Source: Octopus sinensis (Eukaryota). Taken from it: a stretch of DNA of 64,000 nucleotides. The notes under the pieces were generated by a model. That model was not told the DNA's origin. It saw only the letters and a program-made list of their open reading frames with translations, and did not search any database. Of the stretch, positions 1 to 12,565 are shown piece by piece. The stretch spans positions 62,310,001-62,374,000 of the forward strand of contig NC_043006.1 of assembly GCF_006345805.1 (NCBI RefSeq), written 5' to 3'. Numbering within the stretch: the stretch's first letter is position 1; each line of letters begins with the position of its first letter. Position numbers and translations under genes: made by a program.

Positions 1-484
1 TTTTGTTTGATATAAAAGATGGCCTACAGCAAATGTTCTGCTCAATACCACATATTTGATTGTCAGTTGTTTGACCTTCACCAGTTGACTACGTCCCTCA
101 GTGGCTGACGATATGTGTATCTCTGATCACAAGCAGAATTAGTGGAGAAACATCATAGCCATGTTTTGAGAGAGATTTTTGTGGGATTGAGTAATTCACC
201 TATGGAAACATGGATGTTTCGTTCAACATCCTTAAACAACCTTATTCAGGGACCTTTTGAGCGGGACGAGTTACTCGACCAGAAGAAAATTTTAACTGAG
301 CCCCACCTGCAAGGTCATGTGCTATTTACTTTGATATGAGATCACCATGTCGCGCACATATGGTTGTGACGCATGTGCGTAGTGTACCTTTATCAGACTG
401 ATAGTCATGATAGCTATATTGGGGTTTGTATATTTTACCCAGTGTCACTTTGATAGCATGCGCTGCGCTCTCACTCAATAATAA
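1..484 (+). mobile_element. Interspersed retroposon-like repeat, 3' part ending in a short (AAT) tail
   Basis: Homologous to the reverse complement of 16025-16385 (e.g. GGGACCTTTTGAGCGGGA..ACTCGACC, CTTAAACAACC.TTATTC, GTGTCACTTTGAT); ends ...CTCTCACTCAATAATAA. Confidence 0.7.
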
Positions 485-561
485 AGTGAGTAATTTGTGG
501 TTATAAAGCGATGGCTGTTGATAGTAAGATGTAATGCAATTCTCTGTCGAATTTTGTGTAT

Positions 562-595
<34 letters not shown>

Positions 596-759
596 TTATG
601 TATATATATATATTGAGAGAGAGAGAATGAGTGAGAGACATACAGGAAAAGAAAAGCAAGAAGACAGACGGACAGACAGATAGATACATACATCTTTATA
701 AAGGTGCTATAGGCAACTAGAACATGTGCCTACTTGGGGTCCACAATATCTTAACTGCA

Positions 760-767
760 CATATATA

Positions 768-803
<36 letters not shown>

Positions 804-805
804 CG

Positions 806-891
<86 letters not shown>
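760..891. repeat. (TA)n/(CA)n compound microsatellite
   Basis: Directly visible; representative of dozens of similar tracts in the window. Confidence 0.95.
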
Positions 892-893
<2 letters not shown>

Positions 894-1029
894 CAAAAAT
901 GGGACTAGAACCGACAAATAAGGGGGAATTACTGTTGTGATTGACCAATAAGACAAAATTGCTATTCAAATGACCGCTAAGTGAGAAGAGGCAGTAAAAT
1001 TAAGGGGGACAAAAATGTTCATAGTATTC

Positions 1030-1844
1030 GCGGAAGCGTGCGTGTCCATACCTACACATGCGCGCCCACTCACCAACGTGCATGCGCCTATAAGTACACA
1101 CACATCCACCCTCACTTGAAACATACACTTTCTCATCCACACAATTCACCAATATATATATACACTCCCACACACATACACGCGCACCAAATAGGTTCAT
1201 ACACCCGTATATATATATACGCACAAGCATGTCTGTATTCGCGCATTCTAAGAATGTTCAACCTTATGAGGGATGAGATAATATACAAGTGAGATACATT
1301 GTGATATGCAACACGGCAAACCTGTTTTCTATCTACCACTTGGGGAAGAAACAAACATTCAAAATAACAATGATGTTTAATCGTTTTTTTTTTTTACACA
1401 TTTTCCTGTATTTTTGCCTTTAGCCATGTTTCTTCTTACGCGTGTGCGTATATAGACGTGTGTAGGAACTTTTTTCTGCGTTTGTGTGCGCGCATTATTA
1501 TGCGAGTATGCGCGTACATAGACGTGTGTGTGTGCATGTATATGTGTATGTGTGTATATACAGGTGTTTTACTATAATTGCCTTTTTTAATACTTTTTCT
1601 GCATTGTTGCTCTTAGCCCTATTTTTTCTTGTGCTTGTGTGTATATAGACACGTGTATGAACATTTTTGGTGCGCGTGTATGTGTGTGTGATTTTATACA
1701 TATATATATATATATATATACCTTGCGAATAGTGTGGGTGAGAATGTGTATGTTTCGAGTGAGGGTGGGTGAGTGTATACTTAAATGCGCGTGCACGTTG
1801 ATGAGCGGGCGCCCATGTGTAGGTATGGACATTTGCGCTTACGC
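1030..1844. repeat. Diverged ~200-bp inverted repeat (arms ~1030-1229 and ~1632-1844); foldback/MITE-like
   Basis: GTCCATACCTACACATG..CACCCTCACT.GAAACATACAC..CATACACGCGCACCAAA in the left arm is matched by the reverse complement of the right arm; the ORF track shows MNLFGARVCV (-) and MNIFGARVCV (+). Confidence 0.85.
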
Positions 1845-1846
1845 AT

Positions 1847-1910
<64 letters not shown>

Positions 1911-1912
<2 letters not shown>

Positions 1913-2210
1913 AGGCGCAGTGGCCCAGTGGTTAGGGCAGTGGATTCGCGGTTGTAGGATAGCGGTTTCGATTCCCAGACCGGGCGTTCTGGGTGTTTAT
2001 TGAGCGAAAACACCTAAAGCTCCACGAGGCTCAAGCAGGGGCTGGGGTGATCCCTGCTGTACTCTTTCGCCGCAATTTTCTCTCATACTTTCTTCTGTTG
2101 GCCTGCTCACTTAGCCAGCGGGGTGGCGTCATTTGAAGGCTAAAACAGTGCAAAGCGCATTGTGACCAGTGATGTGTAGCAACATCTGATAGCCTGGTCG
2201 GTCATGGTGA
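1911..2210 (+). mobile_element. tRNA-derived SINE (family 1), apparently full length
   Basis: Pol III A-box TGGCCCAGTGG (1921) and B-box GGTTTCGATTCC (1964), ~230-bp body, flanked by (TG)n and (TA)n. Confidence 0.8.
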
Positions 2211-2218
2211 TATATATA

Positions 2219-2267
<49 letters not shown>

Positions 2268-3639
2268 AACACGTATTTCCTGTATTCGCAAAATGTTCTT
2301 TAACAAATGAAAAGACGATTTTTAAACACCGTTACAGGCGCGTTTATTGCTTCTGGTATGCATGTGTGTTTGTGAGTGAATGTGTGTGTGCGCCTGTTTT
2401 TGCGTGCAGGCGTTTCTACATATGTTTAGGAATAATCCATGTATACATTCACGTATATATTCATGCTAATAACGTGATGAATATCGGTATGCCGAGTGGT
2501 ATACATTTAAAAGTATTAGGGAAGGTTAATAACTTTGTTAACGTATCATTATTTTTATTATCCATTCATATATATTTTGGGTGCGTCATCATCCAAAGAG
2601 TAAAATCGAGGAACTTCTTTATGATGTGCACTTTTGATCCATGCAGATATAGCGACAGATGCACACACTAGATTCAATACAAGTATTTCATAATTTATAA
2701 TATTCTCCACATGGTCCTTAACGTTATCCGGAAGAACGTTGTTTAACTTTACGAAATATGCCCTGTGTCTTATATAATTATCTATTTATTCATGCTTCAA
2801 AAGTACTTGAAATTTATAAAACTGCCTACTCTCTTTAACTTATATGAAAATATTACACATTGTTATAAGCTGTTTTTTATATTAATATTCAGATTCGATA
2901 GTTTTTCTTTGCCTTTCATTATAATGTAAGGAAATGGGCAGAGTGCAATAACACATGTATAATACGATAAATAACTATCACCGATATCAAATATCTGAGA
3001 CGTTATATGAATAGAACAATGTTTGTACCTGATAACCGGAAATATGGTGGCTTCGATTATAAACAGTGCAAAGACTGCTATGATAAAGCTTATAAAAAAA
3101 TATGTTTTCGTTTCCTTCCTCTTAACACAAAATTTTCCTTTGTACATCATAAAAAGTTATGTTTGGTATAAAGAAAATGAAAGATATATTATCTTAAATA
3201 TTGAAGTGCAATCATTTCTGCAATGTACATGACCATAGCTGTGTGTTTGTAAATGTGTTGATGATTGTATGTATTCGTGCGAGCATGTAATGCTTCGGAA
3301 TATTTTACTTTATTAAATTTTCGTAAGTTGTTTATAAAACTATTAATATTTATAATCTGAACAGTTTGAATTGTATGTATACTACTTATCCTATATCAGT
3401 TGCCAATATAATATCATGATAGATGAAGCTAAACTTGTAATATGTAAATCTTTACAGTCATCTTTAGGCTTTGTGCTGGTAATATATTAACATAAAACCC
3501 TTACATATCTAGAAACCTGATCATTGACAGATATTTGCCAGTGCATGTATGTATGTGTGTGTGTATGTGTGTGTGCGAGTGTATGTATACACACACACAT
3601 ATATATATAGATATATATTGTATATATATAATTAAAAAT

Positions 3640-4220
3640 ACACATTAAGAACAGGACCACAAACGAGTGAAGAATACAGTAAAAAAAATACGTATTAAGT
3701 GCAGTGAAATATGTAAATACACAGAAATAAGTACATGACAAAATACTGAAGGAAGTCTAACTCCTCCTCAGTTGTCGACTATTTATTACTACCTGTTTCG
3801 AGCTATCAACGACATGACAGGAGAACTTCATACGACAACAGCGTCCAGGAATTTTAAAAATATAAAATTTTTGGAGAGTTAGGTCTTCGAACGAACAAAC
3901 GACACCAGAGTGGACGTACGGAGGAAACAATCGACGAGGGCTGTTAGGCCAATATGAATTGTAATGGGTAACACATGTGAGAACTTTGAAAGGATATAGA
4001 ATAAATAGAAGAGGAAAAATAGAAGATAAAAGACATAGAGAGGCGAGAGAAATTAACGTCCAACTGGCTAGACGAGCCGTCCAAAAAAGACAGAGGGAAA
4101 TGGCTTGTAGTCACGTGTGATCAACAAGCAGATGGACAGGGTGACACGGGAGAGGAGAAGGGAGAAGGAAAGAAAGATATGCAGGGGACATCAAAGAATG
4201 AGGGGAGAAAAACGACATGT
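3640..4220 (-). mobile_element. Probable Penelope-like pseudo-LTR fragment
   Basis: Purine/pyrimidine-skewed block between (TA)n tracts, with a minus-strand AGCTCGAAACAGGTA motif; similar in style to 22.9-24.1 kb. No coding evidence. Confidence 0.35.
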
Positions 4221-4961
4221 ATATATATATATGTGTCTTGTAACATCAGTTATGTTACGTAACAAAGTTTAGCGATGTCTAAGATGATTTTACTCTAAAT
4301 CGTGGTTATCTAATTTACATCATATAAATAAAAACTTTCTAATAATGAAACCCACGTAAGATGTACCTAAATATTTAATAATTCAAACACACTTATTATC
4401 ATAACTTCAATAATATATATAATTCATTCAATGTATTGTATTTGTTATTCTAAACGAACATTAACATTTCCGTACCAAATGTAAATGAGCTTTAATCACA
4501 CTTACGCGTCTCTTGGGATTGGCGACAATAAAATACACTGAACTGAGAACTGTAATCAACATTAAACCCGGAATCGAAAGTTTCGGCTGGGAAACATCAG
4601 AGAAACCTGTTTATTTGATCAAATATTTAAGATTAAATTCAGAAGCAATGTCCAAGAAATTGTCTCCATATTTATATCCCGTGAGAAAAGTTATGATTTA
4701 CTGCTTCACAGGTCTAGTTTCGTTTATATTTGGAATTCCATATAAAGTATCACTGTAATTATATCAAGTATGAAATGCAAACTAATAACTTTAGTTCCAA
4801 TGACGCACATAGGAATTAATCATCGGACAGACCATTCATAGAATTAACATCAGCATCTTCGATATATTTTTAATAGCCCTGAAATATTACTATAATGACA
4901 GGACAAAAATATAAATGAAATATACCATTTGAATTTGAATATATATATGTGTGTAAGTGTT

Positions 4962-4992
<31 letters not shown>

Positions 4993-5569
4993 TTGTATTT
5001 ATTTTTGTCTCTCGGGGAACGTGGTGGTAAAAGAAATATGATATATTAATCATAAATTAATTCATTTTGTTCACGTGTCGTGGAGAGGTGTCGTTCTTGA
5101 AGTAATTAATCAAACGCGTAACTAGAATTTCAGGTTTTTCTAAGGAATTTTTGCAAGTCAGATTAAGAACTACCGCTGTCTAAAAGAGAATAGAAAATTA
5201 ATTGTTAAATTATTTTTCAGGTTTTTGTGTTCCTTTGGAACAGTTTACTTCCAACGAACAAAGCTAACACACTCTACTTCACCGTACATATTGTTCGATA
5301 TTTCACGTTCTTTTATTGACTACCTCATCCAACGAAAATAAAATTATTCCTTTTATCATAGCTGAAAATTTAGTTATGGGCTATCAACATACTACTTTTA
5401 TATATCTGAATCCATGTATGAGTGAGATAGATGGAGCAAATAGCATATTTGTATGTCTTTTCGGAAATGTGCATCAACCGACAATGAGGATTAGTGATAT
5501 TACTAACATGAATAGACACTCGCACCTGGTATGACGATGTTATAAGATCTTTTGTATTATCTCTTTGTA

Positions 5570-5700
5570 TTTCTTTTATTTGTTTCACTCATCAGATTGT
5601 AGCTAAAATGGGGCAACGCCTTGAAAGGTTTAGTCAAAGAAATCGACCCAAGTGTTTATATATTTTAAGCCGGATACTTACTCTATCGGTCTCTTTTTAA
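5570..5700 (-). mobile_element. Degenerate 3' fragment of SINE family 2
   Basis: TACTTACTCTATCGGTCTCTTTTT and ATCGACCC match the reverse complement of the 3' half of 9052-9447 and 24166-24582. Confidence 0.6.
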
Positions 5701-6753
5701 GATGATGAGTAAAGGGCAAAAGAAGCGTAGAAGTGAAATAATAAATATAGTTTTGTTGTTACTTTTCAGTTTGACACACCCATAGCCGAATGGTCTTTAC
5801 TATGACAACAAGAACACCCACAAATATAATGATAATATAAATACAATTTACAAGCAACAAAAATAAATAAATAATAAATAATGGTTCTACATTCCCAACC
5901 ACAGGCAACGTAATAAATGAAAGATAATTATTTTGCTATAGCAATTATTAACACTGAAGCACATTCGAATTATATTATTAATGGCAACAACCAAAAGACG
6001 ACGTCGTACACGCCCACAGACATTTACAACGCGAAGCAAAATTATAAACAAAAATATTAATGACAAGACAGCTTATCTCTGCTTTGCTACTTCAACAGTA
6101 AAACTGGACATTACGCAAAAGCAAATAGTCTGGCATAACTACGTGAAGTGTTATTGTATCTCATATAAATTGCTCGAAGAATTGGCATACAGCAATGCCA
6201 TAGTTATTCATATCAAAATTAGTGAGAGACCTTAGTTGCCCGTATGAATTTCAATATTGACAAGGCGGTTAAACTTCGAGAGTCGCTTGCCATAGAGAAC
6301 AGAAGACACAGGAATATGACATCTTGAAATTCTGAGCTCAATGCATGCTCTAGAATACTTACCCCAGTATTGGTGAAAATGAAATAAAATGGGTATTATA
6401 ATAACAGGTATCTGTCACATTGGTATTGCAGTGTAATCAAGGTAGACGACCACTGCACGTTTAGCAGAATTTATAGACCTTAAATTGTTTGGTATCTGCA
6501 GAGCTACTCAAGGAAATAGCCTAGTCGTCGCAGATGCGGTAGCAAATCTCATTCGGAAAGCTAAATAAAAACATGAGAAACAAAGGTGACTGAGAGTGCG
6601 AAGATGCAGTTTCCAGATCTATCGGTCACAGTTTCGAAACCATCGAGCTCACTTCAGATCCAGATCTATAATGAATCACAAGTACTCATTGGTGAGGTGT
6701 AAGCGGTAAAGGCGGATGAACAGAAATTCCCCTGTATAGTTCCCCCTTTAATC

Positions 6754-7185
6754 TTACGTTACTGGTTTCTGATAAAATTCAGGATCTTTGCGTCCACTTG
6801 TAAGTATGTCACTTTTGCCCACTGCTGGAACTGTTCCCCGCCATTTATGGTTGCTACCCCGGTTCACCAAGAGGTAAAGAAATATATCATATGTCATCGA
6901 GTCCAAATTCGGGCTCAAAATGTTAAAATCAATCAGTGGCACATGGTTTTTTTTTTTTGTATAAACTCGAAAATCTCCATCAGAATTTCTATAAAACAAT
7001 GAGATTTCATCTCCATTTGGTAAATTATATCTACACCTATCTGCCCTACACTCTCTGTTAAAAGCAATATTTACTATCGGCATAAGCTTTCCATGTCGGC
7101 GTTAACATTCTTCTTCCTCAGTTTCAACTTCCTTGGTAGTTTTAAAGGCTACTGCATAGGCGTTGATTTTACGTATAATTGTGTC
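6754..7185 (-). mobile_element. Helitron Rep-Hel remnant, region N-terminal to Rep
   Basis: Translation DRCRYNLPNGDEISLF...LSPNLDSMTYDIFL resembles the Helitron D.RRYN.P...EIA and LDPM.YPL motifs; upstream IRKINAYAVAFK. Confidence 0.6.
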
Positions 7186-7299
7186 CAACGTTGCTATTAT
7201 TTTATTTGAATTATTCCATGTTCATGCATTATGAGATTCTGTAGCATCAATGACATAGATGAGCAAAATTTCTTTGCTAATCATCAGTTGGATGCATAT

Positions 7300-7720
7300 G
7301 TGATGTTCTGTGGTACACTTATCATTGAACTCCAAAGCGAAATGGACACCTTCCAGGAAGTTCTGCCAAGTGTGAACCCATCGATACAAAGGAAATGCAA
7401 AGTTTTATGACCCGATATTTTCTCTTAAAATGCTATAATGAAGATTTGAAGATCTGACCCTTAGGATTTCAAGTATTGCCGAAATTCTCTTCTAAGACAA
7501 CGATGCAGTTTTCCTTTATGGTAGCAGTTATTGAAGTAGCCATCAGAAGGTCGTTCATATAGAAACCGTTTGATCATGCAAAACTGACACAGTAAAATTG
7601 TATCGCCACAATAATGTTGTTCAGCATTTGCGCCGTTGTATGTTGAATTATAGCATGCTTTTCACGTCGAGTGGTTCTCAATATTTCGGTAGTTGTGCTG
7701 CTTTTCATCTTCTCGAATTC
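7300..7720 (-). mobile_element. Possible highly decayed mariner transposase fragment
   Basis: Broken RPS..T..EN, H.IL.E..G and RWV.H-like pieces across frameshifts. Confidence 0.3.
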
Positions 7721-8282
7721 GTTGCTCCTGTTTACTGGAAATTTCATTGAATCAAATGATATATCTTAAAACTTTTTTCTTCTATTTATATATTTTTATT
7801 GTTAAACAGTTGCTAAATCCAATGAAATAAATAAGTAAACACAGAAGAAAAACAAAATGGTTAGAATAAGAATATTATTTTTTTCATCTCATTATCATTA
7901 GACGCCATCAGAATTTACTTTGTTTGTGTGCCTATGTATGTTTATGTCGGGGTGTACGCCCAACATTTGTCTGTGTGTGCACACGCGCGCGGGCATGTTT
8001 GGAAACTTCCATAACGTACTTTATTCTCAAATTTTTGTTTGTCTACAAACAACAAAGTCTTGCAATTTAATTTTTTATCAAACTCTCTGCTACCCCAGCA
8101 GTTGATTATGTTTGATGAGAGATTATTAAGTATAAATATTATAGCTACTCCAGTAAGTTTTTTTCTCGCAGTGAAAACTTATATCAACTTAAATTATTCC
8201 AATACCACATAGCTGAGCGAAAAATATAGTACTACTTTTATATCTTACAGGCTGATTCATCTTCGGATATATGAACTACTGA

Positions 8283-8362
<80 letters not shown>

Positions 8363-9051
8363 CTACGTTTCCATGTACCTTATGAACTGCCAAACAATTC
8401 CATAAGGATAGGAAAACAGAACCTTACGTTCCCCTATTTTTTTGCAATCTCTCTCTTTCTCTCTGTCTCTGTCTCTCTCTCTCTTCGACAATTTTAAACT
8501 ATTTTCAGTCAAGCTATACCGAATTTTCTTTTCCATGGCCTTTGACTACTGATTTTTATTTTATAATTTAAGCGCATGTCCAGACAAAAATTTATTATTG
8601 GTGTATTCCTGAATGCCTTGCATATTCTCTTTATATGTTTATTTTCATCTTTATTTTATCTTATCCCTTTGTACAGCTTACTTTATAAAATATGTTTAAA
8701 TAATGTTCCAACGGCTATACCCCACTGAATAATATAACTTAATGTAAGGCTAATTTACCTTATTCATTTATCTATACATTTTCCTTCCTTCCCAAACTAC
8801 TTTCGTTTATTGGTAAATAGCTCTCTTTTTTATAGGTGTTAATATGAGTTTATGTCTGGGCATTATGCCGATATGCATGTATATATGTATCTATGTGTGT
8901 GTGTATATATGTATGCATGTTTGTATATATATATATGTGTGTGTGTGAGTGTAAGAGTGTGTGTGTGTGTGTGTGCATGGTTAGTATATACGGTTTTATA
9001 CACTTAAGTGCATATTACATGTAACAATAAATATTTGTATATATACATACA

Positions 9052-9447
9052 GGCGCAAGAGTGGCTGTGTGGTAAGTGTGGTTCCGGGTTCAGTCCCACT
9101 GCGTGGCACCTTGAGCAAGTGTCTTCTACTATAGCCTCGGGCCGACCAAAGCCTTGTGAGGGGATTTGGTAGACGGAAACTGAAAGAAGCCCGTCGTATA
9201 TATGTATATATATGTATGTGTGCATATATGTTCGTGTGTCTGCGTTTGTCCCCCTAGCATCGCTTGACAACCGATGCGGGTGTCTTTATGACCCCGTCAC
9301 TTAGCGGTTCGGCAAAAAAGACCGATAGAATAAGTACTGGGCTTACAAAGAATAAGTCCCGGGATCGAATTGCTCGATTAAAGGCGGTGCTCCAGCATGG
9401 CCGCAGTCAAATGACTGAAACAAGTAAAAGAGTAAAAGAGTAAAAGA
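9052..9447 (+). mobile_element. tRNA-derived SINE (family 2) with internal microsatellite and (GTAAAAGA)n tail
   Basis: A-box TGGCTGTGTGG, B-box GGTTCAGTCCC, core GGCACCTTGAGCAAGTG; closely similar to 24166-24582 but lacks ~18 bp between the boxes. Confidence 0.85.
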
Positions 9448-9456
9448 ATATACATA

Positions 9457-9580
9457 TACGAGGGTATGCAGTAAAGTTCATGGCTTTGGGTAAAAGTAAA
9501 TACAGGAGGATAAGTTAAGTATGATTTTATTCAACGTATTCCCCTCTCAGATTCACAAATTTATTGCAGAGTTCCTACAG
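9457..9580. mobile_element. Mariner-like terminal fragment
   Basis: TA-CGAGGG....AAAGTT start followed by GATTTTATTCAAC.TATTCCCC, a pattern I recall from mariner ends; no partner end found. Confidence 0.4.
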
Positions 9581-9729
9581 GCCTTTGAAAACATACTTAA
9601 TGCCAGGAATCCCCCCCCCGCCTCGTATATATGTGACCGTACTGATGTTGCTGTTTTTATTGGTGCGAAACCAGTGGTAATTCTATGAATGGGCATAAAT
9701 TTTAAGTTACTAATATATATATATATTAG

Positions 9730-9928
9730 AACACCATGTTGGACCGTTAGCCCCTACACGCAATTTTTTTCTCTCCATGTTTCTTTTCTGTGTATCTTTC
9801 TGTCGAAGAGCGTAGCCTTGAAATGTAAAAGACTTGTTTTATTTCTATTCCTGAGCGCCATACTAATACATTATTTGTTTGTACTCCACCTGCCTTCGTC
9901 TTTTGTTTATTTTCGTAAACCTACCCGT

Positions 9929-9929
<1 letters not shown>
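9730..9929 (+). mobile_element. Penelope-like pseudo-LTR fragment carrying a degenerate hammerhead motif (9796-9831)
   Basis: CTTT-CTGTCGA-AGAGCGTAGCCTT-GAAA-TG-TA-AAAG; bounded by (TA)n on both sides. Confidence 0.5.
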
Positions 9930-9952
<23 letters not shown>

Positions 9953-9959
<7 letters not shown>

Positions 9960-10615
9960 ATGGGGGTGTCTGAGAGACACCACCATGCCAAAATAGCAGT
10001 CGAAACTCTGACTATAAAAACCACGTTAAATGTTCATATCGTACCATGAGATAAGACAGAGGGACAAAATAGACAAGCAAAAGTTATTGAATAATTCAAG
10101 ATCCAGGATTTCTGGTTTTGCTTTAAGTAAGCTTTACCGTCATCGGTTGAATATATCAAGAGTACATAAATACAGATATATATATGCAGAACAAACGATA
10201 TGCTTACATATACGAACGTCCATACATACATATGTACGTATGCACACGGCCAGTTAAATTGCCCGCCAAAACACCCCATACGCACGATATGCTTAAAATA
10301 AACACCGCAGTGAATATAATGACGAATTATATAAATTTATAAATGAGGATAATATCGATATTTAAATATCGATATTATCAAGTGGCCAGCATGGGAAAAA
10401 TACCGTACAAAGGTAATAATTTTTTACATTAAAAATGGTGGTGTCTGAGAGACACCACCATGCCGAAATAGCAGTCGAAACTCTGACTATAAAAACCACG
10501 TTAAATATTCATATCGTAAAAGATTATTACCTTTGTACGGTATTTTTTCCCATGCTGGCCACTTGATAATATCGATATTTAAATATCGATATTATCCTCA
10601 TTTATAAATTTATAT
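9953..10615 (-). mobile_element. Composite Penelope-like terminal structure: ~90-bp direct repeat (9953-10043, 10428-10518) plus ~100-bp inverted repeat (10329-10427, 10516-10615)
   Basis: Both repeats read directly with only a few mismatches; contains a hammerhead motif; inserted in (TA)n. Confidence 0.7.
10094..10152 (-). ncRNA. Type I hammerhead ribozyme motif (U4C core variant)
   Basis: Minus strand: AUUCAA-CCGAUGA-C-GGU aaa GCUU acuua AAGC aaa ACC-A-GAAA-UCCUGGA-UC-UUGAAU; perfect 6-bp helix I. Confidence 0.7.
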
Positions 10616-10672
10616 GTATATATATATATATTATATATATATAATATATATATATATATATAATATATATAT

Positions 10673-10706
<34 letters not shown>

Positions 10707-10864
10707 TATTCCGTTGAGTCTGTGGAGAGTCATTTTCTTTTTGTGCCTTATAATTGACACTCACCGGTAAAATTTCCACTTAGTTTTATTTTTATTTTCC
10801 AAAAATTTTCGTTGCGTCTTGCAAACTTTTCAATAGTCTGGACTGTCCGTTATTTACACTGCGT

Positions 10865-11270
10865 TCCTTTTTGTTTGTTTGTGTGTGAGTGTATGTGTCA
10901 ATGCGTGTGTGTGCACGTGTGTGTGCCTGTTGCACGCATGAATGCGTCTATGAATGTATGTATGCATGTATGTGTATGTATGTATATATTTCTGCGTATG
11001 CACATATGTTTGTGTATGCAAATGTATATATGTATGTGTGTGCGTGTGTTTGTACATGTATCCACCTCTATCTCCTTGTGTGTGCATGTGTGTGTTTTGC
11101 AACTATGTACCATGTTTGTAAGTATGGATGCGCATCTTTATATATGTGTGGATCTGTGTCTCCATGTGCATCTTTGTGTGGAGTAAAGTGTGTATATATA
11201 TGGTCATGTGTCTCAGTCTCCATTTGCGTATATGTGCTTGTCTGTCCATATGTACCCATCCGTCTCTAAG
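10865..11270. repeat. Degenerate (TG)/(TATG) low-complexity tract
   Basis: Directly visible. Confidence 0.85.
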
Positions 11271-12086
11271 TTGATTTGTTTATTTTCATATCCATATGCT
11301 TAGATACGTGTGCATATACACATATATACATACACCCCACAGACACACATGCATACATCTATCTACATAGCCCACTGAATATTCGGCTGTACCCACAGTT
11401 TACACAGTTTGTGTGTGTGTGTGTAATTGGAAAAATCAGACCACGACTGACAGACGGGATGTTCTTGATCCGAATAATTCAAACTGATGGAGATAATATT
11501 TACATATTGCCTGAGGTGAAATAACTAGATCTCATAATGCATGATTAAGTAGCTGTACTCTAGAGAACTACGTTGCGAGGAACCAATTGTAGTGATTAAA
11601 AAATAAATGTTCAATCGTACCGCTTCTTGTTGACCCCAATTTTATCAATTATATAATCACACATTATAGATGCCCAAACGCAAAACTGGAAGAACGTATA
11701 ATAGTACTACTGGATAGTATAGGATAAATCTGAAGGTGAACGTGCTTTATACTGTACTCTACTATGTTCTTAACGAAATATACCGTAACTATATATATAT
11801 ACATATATAAATATAGGGTTGGTATTATTAAAATGCCATCACAAGTGGCAAGCGAATTATCATCCGTACAGACAAATTAATAAAATACATACATACAATA
11901 TTAGTTATGCACATATATACACAAGGGTACTGCATGAGTACCTATATCGCTAATGATAGAAGTCAAAAAAATACTTCTGTACCATGGAATAGTTCCAAAT
12001 ACATTACAGACAAGATAGGAAAAGATATCAGTGAACAATAATAATATCTTACCTCAAAGGGGTCCGAACAAGTAAATGCTGGTCAA

Positions 12087-12144
12087 CCTGGTACCGGTTT
12101 CGAAATTTAGCGCCAGATAGGTGCCTGATTTCTCATCAGCCAAA
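12087..12144 (-). ncRNA. Type I hammerhead ribozyme motif with intact core
   Basis: Minus strand: UUUGG-CUGAUGA-GAAAU caGGCACC uaucu GGCGCU aa AUUUC-GAAA-CCGG-UA-CCAGG; palindromic ACCGGU in place of helix III. Confidence 0.85.
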
Positions 12145-12146
12145 GT

Positions 12147-12182
<36 letters not shown>

Positions 12183-12184
12183 AA

Positions 12185-12231
<47 letters not shown>

Positions 12232-12326
12232 TGTATGTATGTATGTATGTATGTATGTATGTATATTTACATATGTACATACATATATGTACATACCTAC
12301 AAATATATATATATATATACATGCAT

Positions 12327-12565
12327 ATATGTGAACAGGACATAAAAAAACGTAGACAGAATGAGAAATGAGAACATGTAAACATAGAAAACGAACTTTT
12401 TTCTTACTCCGCAAAACAGAGGACAACTGATGAAGGGAATGTTCTTTATGTTGCATGTCTCGTTTCTCTGTTTGTTTTTTCGTTGTTCGAAAAATATTCG
12501 TTTTCTATATTTTTGTTTTTTATGTTCTCGTTCCCCATACGTTTTTAGATATCCTGTATATACAT
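12327..12565. repeat. Imperfect inverted repeat (arms ~12327-12403 and ~12489-12565), Penelope-like end
   Basis: CAGGACAT.AAAAACGTA...ATAGAAAACGAA.TTTTTC is mirrored by GAAAAATATTCGTTTTCTAT...TACGTTTTTAGATATCCTG. Confidence 0.6.

Noticed and set aside
1911-1985. Possible tRNA gene
   Set aside because: A and B boxes are present, but the sequence continues into a SINE body with no clean cloverleaf or terminator.
3760-3850. Partial hammerhead pieces on the minus strand (AGCTCGAAACAGGTA; CTGAGGAG)
   Set aside because: The core elements are not in a foldable order.
5578-5600. Minus-strand CTGATGAGTGAAAC resembling a hammerhead core
   Set aside because: No helix II or helix I; it derives from the decayed SINE 3' end (ATGACTGAAAC).
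6380-6500. Plus-strand GIAV...TTAR, resembling Pif1 TGIAA...G.TAH
   Set aside because: Interrupted by stops and opposite in orientation to the adjacent Helitron piece; may be chance.
9965-10020. CTGAGAGAC...GTCGAAACTC hammerhead-like motif (also at 10445)
   Set aside because: The core lacks N7, helix I cannot close after a cleavage site, and a competing local hairpin sequesters the core.
12420-12500. CTGATGAAGGGAATGTTCTTT
   Set aside because: No GAAA follows the small stem; at most a rearranged remnant.
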